Part shown: positions 25,638-37,954 of the stretch, one piece after another
How the letters are laid out: each line of letters starts with the position of its first letter
How positions within the stretch are numbered: position 1 is the stretch's first letter
From: Eledone cirrhosa
Taxonomy: Eukaryota
Assembly (NCBI GenBank): GCA_964016885.1
Contig: OZ024745.1
Coordinates: forward strand, 103,168,001 to 103,232,000
Direction: 5' to 3'
DNA: 64,000 bases
The notes under the pieces: generated by a model
Told to the model about the DNA's origin: nothing
Databases searched by the model: none
The model's input: only the letters and a program-made list of their open reading frames with translations
Made by a program: the position numbers and the translations under genes

Positions 25638-25639
<2 letters not shown>
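25321..25639. mobile_element. Penelope-pLTR-like fold-back element between (TA)n and (TG)n
   Basis: 25389-25458 is inverted against 25570-25639. Each arm carries a hammerhead. Confidence 0.75.
25574..25624 (+). ncRNA. Type-I hammerhead ribozyme
   Basis: GGCTTC-CTGATGA-tTTC(tcct)GAAt-GAAA-CAG(ttctagtc)CTG-T-A-GAAGCC. 6-bp helix I, GUA site after 25618. The inverted copy at 25404-25454 has core CTGGTGA. Confidence 0.8.
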
Positions 25640-25673
<34 letters not shown>

Positions 25674-26475
25674 ATGGACAATTTAAAATAAATTTTGATA
25701 TATTAAAAGAAAAACCTTAGTTTGTAAATGTATTGCCAAATTTTTAATGAAACCATAGTAAAAGATAGCAAATAAGATTGTTTGGAGAAAAATGGGAAAT
25801 AAGTGTGAAAATGTTTATAGAAAATTTTATTTTAAGAAATTGAAATTGGCTAAATAAAAATGATTCTCTCCAGCAAAAGAAAAAAGAAAAAATGTAATAT
25901 AATAAAAATGATGATTTAATGCCATTTACTTATTAAGCTAGATATCATTATAAATGAAGTGAGAAAATATAACAAAAACAAATCTTAGAGAGTATTTTAT
26001 ATGCTATACTGTAATACAGAATACATCTGTAGGTCTTAGCCAACATTTGATCATCATCATCATTATCATTGATTTTATGTTCACTTTTCTGTGCTGGCAT
26101 GAGTCGGGCAACACTTTTTGAAGTGTTTTTTTGTCAGATGCCCTTCTTAATGTCAGCCTTTTTATTACTTTTACATATAGAGGTGTCTATTCCAGAACTG
26201 GGATATACATAGTATATGTCTATATATATATAGACCAATGTAAATAGACATGATTTTATACACAATATCTTAATGGACAGAAAAAGAAAAGTCAGTTCGG
26301 CTAGTTTCACTTGTGTTGGTATTTCTTCAGCTACCAACTACCCACAAATCTTCATAATGACAAGTTGTTTATAGCTGTCTACATACATTGTTGGTTAGCA
26401 TTTATAGATATATTCTGTAGTAATATATAGCATTAAAACAATATACTGTCAAAATACCAGTAATATATATATATG

Positions 26476-26658
26476 TCATCACATGGTACCATAGGCCCAG
26501 CACTATGTGTCAGTAATTGTCACAAGTGTAATGTTTGTACCAGAGTTTTCAAGTCGCTGGCTGGACTAAAAAGTCACACTCTTTCAGCGCATCGGTAGGG
26601 GTTCTCCTACATGGATATAAAGTAGTGGCCGTACTCGAAATCGAGTTGGCAGCCACCA
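26476..26658 (+). pseudogene. LINE 3' end with C2H2 finger
   Basis: CNVCTRVFKSLAGLKSHTLSAHR*, short UTR, (TA)n on both sides. Homologous to 14648-14850. Confidence 0.6.
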
Positions 26659-26747
26659 TATATATATACATATATCAGGATTAAACCAATTAGACCATTA
26701 TTCAACAGAGTACTCGATACTTTTGCCATTTCAACAGCTAGTTTCAG

Positions 26748-26781
<34 letters not shown>

Positions 26782-26782
26782 T

Positions 26783-26946
26783 GAAAATAGTCTAATAGTA
26801 GGGCCTATGAAGCCCTATAACAGAAGAAAGTGGACATTATTAGAATGTGTGGGAAAATAAGAGGTGTAGGTTCATTTCCCCACATACACTAATGCCCACT
26901 TTCTTCTGTTGTGGAGGTTCGTATGCTCTAATATTGGGATATTTTC
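26783..26946. repeat. Degenerate fold-back palindrome next to (TA)n
   Basis: AACAGAAGAAAGTGGACATTA...GGGAAAAT pairs with ATTTCCCCACAT...TAATGCCCACTTTCTTCTGTT. Confidence 0.7.
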
Positions 26947-27084
26947 TATAGTCAATATATGCTAAAAGCCTAAAGGCATGTGTGTGGATTAGGGAGTTAA
27001 ATTCAAATGTGGGATATAGTGAGTTTGACCAATCAATATTTTATATATTTCAGTATTTAAGTAAGTCCCTTTATTTCCCATTGC

Positions 27085-27405
27085 TCCAGTTGGGTGAGAG
27101 AGGCAAGAATGGCCTGTGAGAATGGGTCTGCCCTGAGCGTGTGCCTGAGTATTGAGGGAGAACAACTGGGAGAGGGTGTTTGCCCTAGCAGTCAGGGTGA
27201 CCATGGTTTTTGTGGGCTTTTTCCATGAGTAACCCTTGGAATTTCCTCACCTTTGGTGTATTTGTTATGTTTGTTTTTTAAAATGTTTATTTTCTTAATC
27301 TCTGCTATAAATTTTATTCTACAAAAAAAAAAAAAACGCACTATATGCTCATGTACTGTCTTTAATGTCTCCTTAGTGTGAGCCCTGTGTGGCTAATAAA
27401 GAAAG
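27085..27405 (+). mobile_element. Possible 3' end of another non-LTR element
   Basis: GC-rich block, T-rich UTR, then AATAAAGAAA followed by (ATT)n. Single copy in the window. Confidence 0.3.
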
Positions 27406-29422
27406 CAACATCATTATTATTATTATTATTATTACTATTATTATTATTATTATTATTGCCTTTCACCCTTAAAGCACCAGTAATACAATGTGGTTGATTT
27501 AATCAACTTTCCCCTCACCCAAAATTGAAATGTTGCCATAATCAACTTTGTATTTCATTCCTCCAACATTGATAAAACACACTGAGGTTGACTTAACCCA
27601 ATGTTCCATCTATGAAAACTTTTGTTACATTGAGCTTGGTTGATAAATTATTAATAAAATATATTTCTTAACAAAGCTAAACATGTCTGTTTTCAAAACA
27701 TTTTCTCATCAATTTCAAATATAATAGATCCAAATAAGCATAGCCTCTATTAAATTAATACATTTACCACAATATAGAATTATAACATATATCATCTCCC
27801 ATATTTGACAATTATTAATTGTAACTTGCATGCATTACTGCAGATAGTCAATTAGATGAATATGAGATAATATATTTCCATGTGTAGATAGAGAAGTAGA
27901 GAGAGATCGATAGACACAGAGTGAGAGAGTTGGGGGTTTGATTAGATGAAGCTGAATAGACTTGTGAAAACATTTATTATCTTCCAATCAGCTGCACTGG
28001 ATATAGTGTGAAAGATTGACTTTTAATTATGATGTGAATAGAAGGAAATGGGTGGAGAAAAAGAAGAAAAGCTGGGGAGTTAAGAAGGGCAAGTAGTAAC
28101 ATTAGAGAATAGAAATAGTGAGGAAATGAAATATGAAAACACAAAAAAAAAAAAAAATAAATAAAGGATGAGAGGAATAAAAGAAGTGGGAAGATCTGGT
28201 AATGGATTATCGTTTTGCCTGAAAACATAAAACAATTACAAATATGTCTGCAAAGAGAATTGAATTTTCAAAGAAAGTAATTAAGTAAGTGATAGAAAAA
28301 TAAAAAGCGAAATAAATCTATGCAGATATAGAGACAATGAAAGAGGAGTATATTCATAGACGAAGGTTATGTGTGTAAGGGAGAGAGAGAGAGAGAGAGA
28401 GTGTATGTTTGTGTGTGAATTTCAATACATTTCAAGATGAAATATTTCAGTCAATTGAAAAAGAGTACAAAATTAATTCTTTTGTTACTATTCGTTTAGA
28501 ATTAAAAATTTAACTTCCTAAATTCACACCAAAAATAGAATTAAATGATAATCTACTTGAAAACGGAAATGCAATTTTTAAAACTGGTAACATTTGATCT
28601 GTAAGAATATGGCTGCAAACAGAATAAACTACTACAACTAAGTGGGGAAAAAATATTTATACTAAAATATCTAAAAGAAATTATTTATTTAAAGATCCGG
28701 AAATAATTAAAACCTCTTAACTCTCATTATTTACAAATTTTATAATTAGGATGCTTATTTTTCTTGAAGATTCATGACATAAATTGCCTTGCAACTGTCT
28801 TACAAAATGTTAGTAATATATAGAAATGTTCATGTTATAGTTCTTGTTTTTATGTGAATAAAAGATAAATTAATGAAAATTTATTTTTAACAAAGTTAAA
28901 GATTACAAATATGTACATAAAACTGTCAAATCTTTTCGGAAAATATGACTGATATCTTTCAATGCCTATTTAATTCCTGAAGAAATCAGAAAAAGTTGAT
29001 TTTGATTGAATACTGATAATGAAAAAAATGGCCTCTCTTTGGTAACTGATTTCATATGAAACCCAATTCCTGAGTAATGAATAGATGCTTAATTAGCACA
29101 TGTATTGATAGCTTATCAGGTAAACAGTTCAAAGGAAAGAATACAATCAAGTGAACATATTACTGATACAAATATTTTCAGTTCCAAAGTATTCAAGGAG
29201 AAAATTGTCCTCAAACTTGGTCACATCAGACAACTCACCACCTCTTACTAACAAAAAGTATTAGTTCAAATCCTCTTAGTGAAACATTTCAATGGTCAAA
29301 TGTACAGAATTTTGACTACTCTATTAGACCAGTGTTTGTGTACCACCAGCAGCATTATGTAATTTGAATGGGTTATTGTCATCTCTTTTATTAATCTGGC
29401 AGAAGAGTAATTAAAAATGATA

Positions 29423-29458
<36 letters not shown>

Positions 29459-29492
29459 TATCTTTTTTAATTACTCTTCTGATTAGGCGATA

Positions 29493-29602
29493 CCAGCTGA
29501 TGAAGCCGCATAAGCCGATTGTGCATTGTTGCATAATATATGCAAACGGATGGTGCAGTGCACCTTACTGCTGCATTAGTGCGGCAGAAACTCGAGTCCG
29601 GG
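29493..29602 (+). ncRNA. Type-I hammerhead ribozyme with long branched helix II, in (TA)n-bounded element 29457-29730
   Basis: CCAG-CTGATGA-aGCCGCA...TGCGGCa-GAAA-C(TCGA)G-T-C-CGGG. Palindromic loop III, GUC site after 29598, one mismatch in helix I. Confidence 0.75.
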
Positions 29603-29725
29603 AAGCATTATAGGCACCTGTTTTACATGTGTTGTGTTGAAGCAAATAACTATGTGTATACTCTGGAGTACGCTGAGATACAACCGGTACTGGCATTGAT
29701 AAATATGCTGGGTCCGTCAACTCCT

Positions 29726-29832
<107 letters not shown>

Positions 29833-30370
29833 ATTAGTTACAACAGTGACATATACAGGTACTTAAGTTTCATTGGGTTATACACCCTAACTCATTCAGC
29901 CTGCTATGTAAAGAAACATGGCTACTACCATGGTTGAATGTATCTTGGTTTCTGGAAAAAGAATAAGAGCTCTTCAAGGGCAGGTAATTTCGAAATTAAC
30001 AATAAATAAATAAAATTATTAGCTAGGTTAAAGGGAAATCACTATCATAAAAAATACCAAATGCAGGGAATTTATGTGAAGTTAGTAATTCAAAGAAATC
30101 AAATTCCTTGATATTCAAAGAAAATGTATTCCTTGAAATTCAAATTAGTTAGTCTGGTCTATACCATTTTCTCAGAACGAATTTTGCTTCATGTGGACAG
30201 TGACTAAAGCAGACAAGGCGTGTATTTAAGCAGTGTTTCTCTGAAGCTAGCTGAGAGTACATTCCACTTTTCCGAGTTACATAGCCAGCAAAAGTTCATC
30301 CCATTAACATAAGGGGTAGATTGCACTTATCCTTGGATACTTCCACCAAACAGTATATATATATATATAC

Positions 30371-31012
<642 letters not shown>

Positions 31013-31122
31013 TAGATGGGTCATGTTCACTTCAAAATAATATTTAAATAATTAAAATATATGCAGACATGTATATAATGTGAAATGAAACTGGAAGGCA
31101 TATATATATACACATGTGCGTA

Positions 31123-31469
31123 TCATCATCATCATCATCATTTCATTTAACGTCCACTTTTTCCCTGCTTGCAAGGGTGGGACGGGAACTGATTCTGGCT
31201 TGATTTCTACAGCTGGATGCCCTTCCTAACACCAACCTCATTTACAGTGAGTGCTGGGTGCTTTTTTGCCGTGGCACCTCCACGACCACTTTGCAGTGGA
31301 ATGATAGGGACCCCAGTCCCTAACATCTCATTTCTACAGCTGAGTAAACTGGAGCAATGTGAAATAAAGTGTCTTGCTCAAGGAAACAACACATCACCCG
31401 GTCTGAGAATTGAACTCACAACCTTTCGATTGCAAGGCCAATGCTCTAACCACTAAGCCATGTGCCTCC
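31123..31469 (-). mobile_element. tRNA-derived SINE with RTE-type tail
   Basis: Near-identical to 1336-1668. Confidence 0.88.
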
Positions 31470-31593
31470 ATATGTATATATATAAATGTGTGTGTGTGTG
31501 TATATATATGTATGTGTATATATGTGGGTGTCTGTGATCTATATGCACTGGTCATAGACACGCACACACACTTATACACACATATATATATAC

Positions 31594-34332
31594 GTGACAG
31601 TAATATCCGTGTACGCACCCCAATCCGGACTGCCCAGCACTATAAAAGACAGATTCTATGAGACACTGATGCTCACTACCTCCCAAATAACCGACAGTGA
31701 CTATATAATTATTGCAGGCGACCTAAACGGTCACGTTGGACAACATTGTGACGGCTACGACGAAATCCATGGAGGCTATGGGTTTGGTACTAGAAATGAG
31801 GAAGGCTCCAGAATCCTGGAATTCTGTGACGCAAATAACCTAACTATGTGCAACACTAACTTCAAAATACGAGACAATCACTTGATCACCTACAGATCAG
31901 GGGAACATACCAGCCAGGTAGATTATATCCTTACCAGAAGACGTGATAAAGTGACTGTTGTAAACACTAAATCCCTCCCCCATGAAGAATACACCTCCCA
32001 ACATAGACTGATAATTAGCGACCTAATAGTCAGGACGAGACGTACTAGGCAACAGAAGAGGACTACCCTCAGGAGAAAAATATGGAAGCTAAAGGACCCC
32101 ACAGCCAAAAATAAATTCCAAAGCATATTACTTGATGCTTTCGACAGTAAGGAAGAGCAAATAGAGTCGTACAAGGTAGAGGAACAGTGGGAATTCCTGA
32201 AAGCAAACCTGCTGACGGCGACAGACGAAGTCTGTGGCTGGAGCAGGCCTGTAGGCAGGAGGAGAGTAACATGGTGGTGGAACAGTAAGGTGGAGGGGTC
32301 AATTAAGGCCAAAAAGCAGGCTTGGAAAGTATGGCGGGATGAGGGAAGCAGAGAAGACTATCAAGTGGCCAGGAGGGAAGCTAGGAGACAAGTGTACTTC
32401 GCAAGAAGGGAAGCAGAGGAAAGAAAGTTCAAGCATGTTCTACAACGTGAGGACCAAAAACGTGAGGTGTTCAGGATTGCTAGGCAATGTGTCAAGGAAA
32501 ACAGTGATATTGTCGGGGAGAAGTGTGTACTTAATGATGACGGCGTACTTGCCATCACCGACGCCGATAAGAAGGTAGCTTGGAAGTGTCACTATGAAAG
32601 GCTACTCAATGAGGAGAATAAATGGGAGAAAGACAGTCTCCCCCACATCGACCCAATAGAGGGACCAGCAGTGTTAGTCGAGGGTAGTAAAATAAGTAAG
32701 GCAATCAAAGATATGAAGACAGGCAAGGCGGCTGGGCCTTCGGAAATAGTTGCCGAGATGCTGAAGGCATCTGGTACGGTGGGACACACCATGGTCACCC
32801 GGATAGTCAACCAAGTCATACAGAATGGGGTTGTTCCGAAGGACTGGCGTAGCAGCATTATCGTTAACTGTTATAAGGGTAAAGGAGATGCTCTAGATAG
32901 GAGTAACTATAGAGGCATTAAATTAATCGACCAGGTCATGAAGGTCACAGAAAAAGTAATAGCGCAACTAATCAGAGAGCGGATTGATCTAGATGAAATG
33001 CAGTTCGGGTTTGTGTCAGGAAAAAGTACCACAGACGCTCTTTTCATTGTACGACAACTACAGGAGAAGTACCTAGCTAAAAGTAAACCCCTATACTTAG
33101 CTTTCGTCGACTTGGAGAAGGCCTTCGACAGAGTCCCCCGTTCCATTATCTGGTGGGCTCTTAGAAAACTAGGTGTCGATGAATGGCTTGTGAGAGCTAT
33201 ACAAGCCATGTATAAAGAAACAGTCAGCAAGGTTAGAATTAACAACGAATATAGTGAAGAGTTTAGTGTAAAAGTTGGTGTTCATCAGGGCTCTGTTCTT
33301 AGCCCCCTACTATTTATTATTGCCCTCCAGGCTATAATAGTGGAGTTCAAGACCGGCTGCCCATGGGAACTCCTATACACAGATGATCTAACGCTCATAG
33401 CTGAATCAATGGCCGAGCTAGAGAAGAAATTCCAAACATGGAAGCACGGGCTAGAATCAAAAGGCCTTAAAATTAACCTGGCTAAGACTAAAGTTCTAGT
33501 TTGTAAGAAAGAAAATAAGGCGGCGGTCCCCTCCGGGAAGTGGCCATGTGCAGAGTGTAGGAAAGGCGTAGGTAGAAATTCCATTTTGTGTCCCAAATGC
33601 AAAGTTTGGGTTCATAAAAGATGTAGTGGGATCACAGGTAAGCTAACTAAGAACATAGATTTTACATGTGGCCGGTGTTCTGGGGCAATAAGTAGCAGCA
33701 AGTGCCCACAAAATACTAGCTCTTTCAACTGCGCAGAGGGTTCTATAGAAATAGTGGACAGCTTCCGTTACCTGGGTGACAAAATCAGCAGTGGGGAAGG
33801 GTGCTCTGAAAGTACAGTAGCTAGAGTCAGAACTGGGTGGAAAAAGTTCAGAGAGCTTATACCACTATTAGCCGCTAAAGGGTTCTCCCTAAAAATGAAA
33901 GGCAGGTTGTACGATGCCTGCATACGAACAGCAATGTTGCATGGCAGTGAGACCTGGGCATTGTGTGCAGAGGATATACGCAGACTAGAGAGAAACGAAG
34001 CTTGCATGCTCCGCTGGATGTGTAATAGTAATATACGTGAACGACAAAGCATAAACGAACTAAGGAAAAAATTAGAAATAAGAGGGATCAGATGTTGTTT
34101 ACTAGAGAGAAGGCTACGTTGGTATGGTCACGTGATGCGCATGAAGGACGATAGCTGTATAACAAAGTGCAGGGCAATAAAGATAGACGGTAGCCACGGA
34201 ATAGGCAGACCCAGAAAAACCTGGGATGAGCTGATAAACTCCGACCTCACACACTTACACCTCACCAAGACAATGTCACTGGAGAGAGACCTTTGGCGGT
34301 ACTCAGTAATAGAGAAGACCCGCCTTACCTAA
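31594..34332 (+). CDS. RTE-clade LINE ORF: partial AP endonuclease, reverse transcriptase with PHD-like insert (5'-truncated, no ATG)
   Basis: 912 uninterrupted codons. SVYAPQ, IIAGDLNGHVG, SQVDYIL, SQHRL (EEP domain); NYRGIKL, QFGF, AFVDLEKAFDRVP, GVHQGSVLSP, YTDD, FRYLG, RLRWYGHV. Confidence 0.93.
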   Translation: MTVISVYAPQSGLPSTIKDRFYETLMLTTSQITDSDYIIIAGDLNGHVGQHCDGYDEIHGGYGFGTRNEEGSRILEFCDANNLTMCNTNFKIRDNHLITYRSGEHTSQVDYILTRRRDKVTVVNTKSLPHEEYTSQHRLIISDLIVRTRRTRQQKRTTLRRKIWKLKDPTAKNKFQSILLDAFDSKEEQIESYKVEEQWEFLKANLLTATDEVCGWSRPVGRRRVTWWWNSKVEGSIKAKKQAWKVWRDEGSREDYQVARREARRQVYFARREAEERKFKHVLQREDQKREVFRIARQCVKENSDIVGEKCVLNDDGVLAITDADKKVAWKCHYERLLNEENKWEKDSLPHIDPIEGPAVLVEGSKISKAIKDMKTGKAAGPSEIVAEMLKASGTVGHTMVTRIVNQVIQNGVVPKDWRSSIIVNCYKGKGDALDRSNYRGIKLIDQVMKVTEKVIAQLIRERIDLDEMQFGFVSGKSTTDALFIVRQLQEKYLAKSKPLYLAFVDLEKAFDRVPRSIIWWALRKLGVDEWLVRAIQAMYKETVSKVRINNEYSEEFSVKVGVHQGSVLSPLLFIIALQAIIVEFKTGCPWELLYTDDLTLIAESMAELEKKFQTWKHGLESKGLKINLAKTKVLVCKKENKAAVPSGKWPCAECRKGVGRNSILCPKCKVWVHKRCSGITGKLTKNIDFTCGRCSGAISSSKCPQNTSSFNCAEGSIEIVDSFRYLGDKISSGEGCSESTVARVRTGWKKFRELIPLLAAKGFSLKMKGRLYDACIRTAMLHGSETWALCAEDIRRLERNEACMLRWMCNSNIRERQSINELRKKLEIRGIRCCLLERRLRWYGHVMRMKDDSCITKCRAIKIDGSHGIGRPRKTWDELINSDLTHLHLTKTMSLERDLWRYSVIEKTRLT

Positions 34333-34725
34333 ATACAAAGTAAAACCTACTACAGTCAGTAGGCATCTCTAACAAAATACACCCCCGTCCCACCACCCCC
34401 ACCCCATCCACACCGCCCCCTTCTATGTAAAGTTATGTTGGTGCCACACCATCCAGGCCGAAACAAATGAGATCGTGTAGGTGTCACGACAAAAAAACAC
34501 ACAGTCCACGCTGTAATGTGGCCGTGTAGGCAACACCGTAAAAACCTCCCAGACCCACACTGTAAATGTGGTTGGTGTTAGGAAGGGCATCCAACTGTAG
34601 AAAATCTGCTAGACAGTCCTATGCGAGCAAGACAATCACTCTTGCCTCAAGTGGGAAAACCCCCGTCCAAACCCATGCAAGCGTGGAACACGGACGTTAA
34701 ACGATGATGATGATGATGATGATGA
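31594..34725 (+). mobile_element. Young RTE LINE copy with about 370-nt 3' UTR and (TGA)n tail
   Basis: ORF above, UTR shared with 365, 19857 and 41998, and a GATGATGA tail. The 5' end abuts (TA)n. Confidence 0.93.
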
Positions 34726-36410
34726 CACACACTCACATCTATATATACACACCAAAACCACCAGGTCTCTTCCATTTTCCTTTTCTGTCTCCTCTCCCTC
34801 TCTCTATGTCTCTCTTTCAATCTACTCTGTCACAACCACTATCTCTTCCACTCTATCTTTATCTCTCTCTGTTTATGAAGGTACCCAGAAAAACCCCAAA
34901 TCTTGGGAACCTGTGGTCCGATTTACGCGAAACTTGTTTTATTCCATTTGAATTCCCATTTCAGAGGCAACTTCCTTTCAAAGTATTTTCCCATTATGCA
35001 CCCTTTTGGCAGTATTACATTACAGACAAGCAAGCAATAAGTAAATATTGTGAATGAAGAAGTAAATATTTCGAAAAACGTTACACACTATATATATTCA
35101 CACACTATATATACATATATATACACACACACACAGATAGTGTCATAATGTCGACAAACAGACAGACATTCTCTGTTTTAGATATATCGATAAACAGTTT
35201 ACATTGTGGAATAAATTAGATTGCTGATAAAGGGCCCTGTCTTGAATATTAGAACTCTCTTCTTTCTCATAGCAAACTAAATCATCTCCCTTTGTGTGCT
35301 TCCTGTAATAGTTGAACTGCTGAATTCCAGTATTGTACACATCTTTAATCACCTTTCTTTCCTTTGGTTTCTTTTCAACTATTATTCTGGAATAATTCAG
35401 TTTGAATATTAGAAACAGTAACCTTCCAATTCTCAATGTTCAGGATACCTTTTCTCCTCAAACAATCTAATTACACAAAAATACTGAGATATATAAACAA
35501 ATTAATAGTCATTTTAGGTAACAAAATAGCAAATAATTTGTTAGCTCATATTTATATTTCTTTTTCTTTTGGGCATGACTGAGAGAATTTCTTTCCTTAT
35601 TTGCCAGTCTAGATTTCAGATAATACCATCCATTAAGTTGGATATTTATACAAGTACTCTTAAGAAAAGGAGCTGATCTTCATTGATGTTGTTGCTACTT
35701 TCAATGTCTTAATTGTAAATTAATATGTCAAATCACATAAGAACAAAGCCATGTATGTATCTTGAAAATGTTGTTAAACTACACTTGAGGTAAATAAGTT
35801 AAACAGCGGCTGAAAGTTGGCTTAGAAAATTGGTTGAGTAGATATATTGACAGAATATTTTCTCATTATTGCTTTAATCAAATAATTTGATATTTGTTTC
35901 TTTCTGTGAAGTAAAAAGTTCAGAATCTTGTAAATGTACATCAATAAGTTGTGCTCAGAGTGGCAAAGCCAGTAACATGTGGTTTTTCAATTGTTTTATT
36001 TTTTAGTTGTTTGCAAATATTTCTATCTACAAAGATAACTTTACAAAGTAAAGAATACTCAATACATTTGCTAGAGTAAATGTATCATATACATTACTTG
36101 TGAAATATCCTGAACTCACTCTCTCTCTCTTTTATGCACTCAATATATATACATAATAATTACACTGAGGATGATTTATTGCAGCGATTTAAGAAGGCAC
36201 ACACAAAAAACTACCACATAAACTTTGGTATATTTCTTAAAAGGATTAACTACTATGAAGTATCAAGTTTCATTACATTTCTGCCACCTGGCCATTGACA
36301 GTTCGATTACATCTGTTAAAAGTCAGTTTCTGGACAGAATTCATAAACTCTTTTCTTTGTTTATTTTTCTCTTTTACATGTCCGTCTTATATAAAAAAAA
36401 GTACTTCATT

Positions 36411-36692
36411 TGTGCATAACCTTTTTTGAACATAGAACTTGTGGGTCTATTGTTCCTTTATATACACCCTATATATTTATATCTATGCATATACATAAAA
36501 ACACATTATATCTGTGTTTGTATGTCTGTCCAAATTTTTATATGTATATATTTTAGTTTTTTTTGTGTGTAACCTTTTCTTTGAACTTTGAACTTGTGGG
36601 TCTATTGTTGCCTTATATGCACACTGTATATTTATATCCATGGACATACATAAAAGCACACAGTGTTTGTCTGTGTGTCTTTCTATAACCTT
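36411..36692 (+). repeat. Diverged tandem duplication, period about 155 bp
   Basis: GAACTTGTGGGTCTATTGTT occurs at about 36435 and about 36590 with flanking similarity. Confidence 0.7.
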
Positions 36693-37954
36693 TTATTTAC
36701 AAAATTCAACAGTAAGAAGCCATCACTAGCCCCTCCCACACAAATTTTAGCCTTCTAGTTAAGAACTATGAACTCCATATCACACAACTTCTCTCAATAA
36801 AAAAGGTTTTAATTCACTAATTTACATACACCACTAAATTACTATGATTGTCTTTCAAGCAAAAGATACTAAAAGCAAATATTTTCCATTACCATTCCTA
36901 GATATCTGCCACAAATGCTGGCCATAAAACAAAAATAGAATCTTCTTTGGTCATTTATTCTAAGACAAAAATAATCTGTTGTCCAAACTAATACACATAT
37001 CCAACACACACAGCATTAACAGGTAAAAAGCAAATAAATAAAAACAAATAAGCACCTAAGAAACTCACTCACCCCACTTCACACACAATCTCACCAAGTA
37101 TAATTACATCATTCATTTCTTGATTCATTACTAATCCAAGGATATCCAGCCTGAGATCAAACCACTGGTTACTGTGATCCACTGAACCATCCAATTCCCA
37201 TGTTTTGAGTTCTCTGTTTCTCACAGGTAGACCTTAATTATTCTTTATGTAGAATAAGTACACTATATCCCTGTATGTTGTAAGAGGTGACTAAGATGGT
37301 TAGTTTTAGGAAGGACTCATGGCCATAAGACATTATTTCAAAAAGGACTTTATAATGAACATAAAGCTTGTTATGGGCCACTGCAAAGCTAATCCCTGCT
37401 TTAGTAGAAAAAAAACAAACTTTAAAGCGTTTGTTGTTGTTTGTATATTACCTGCGTTTTTGATTTATTCGTTAGAGCACACCCACATTTTGACCTAGAA
37501 TTAAAATATTTCTCTTCCTTTAAATAGTTAGACAAGATACTGAAGAGAAATATATATCTAATACTAATCCTAATTGACTATATGTCTGCAAAAATGGTTA
37601 GGATAGAATAATGCATCGTTAGTCTGTGCTGCTTTCAGCAGACGCAAAGGAAATATAGAGATACTAATAATAGCCAGCTTATTGATAGGATCAGCTTAAC
37701 TAAAGTTACAGACATCTGGTTATTAAAATCCTTGACAGTATTTTAAAGCCACCCAATCCCTTTGCCAAGCACTAATATGGACCAAGAATCAAAGAGATAT
37801 AATTAAATATAGAAAAAAAGCATGTTGTACTCTACTCTATCAATTCTACGAATCCACAGCTCTTCATTGACCCAATATAAACATCATTAAATCATTTAAA
37901 TCATTGGTTATCAATGTAACTCTTTTTGTAGCAAAATTAAATATTCTATTTGTG

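Noticed and set aside
31923-34052. Minus-strand ORFs overlapping the RTE
   Set aside because: Antisense shadows of the RTE coding frame.
34880-35192. Possible Helitron-like remnant
   Set aside because: Only short motif resemblance, with inconsistent orientation and no 3' hairpin/CTAG end identified.
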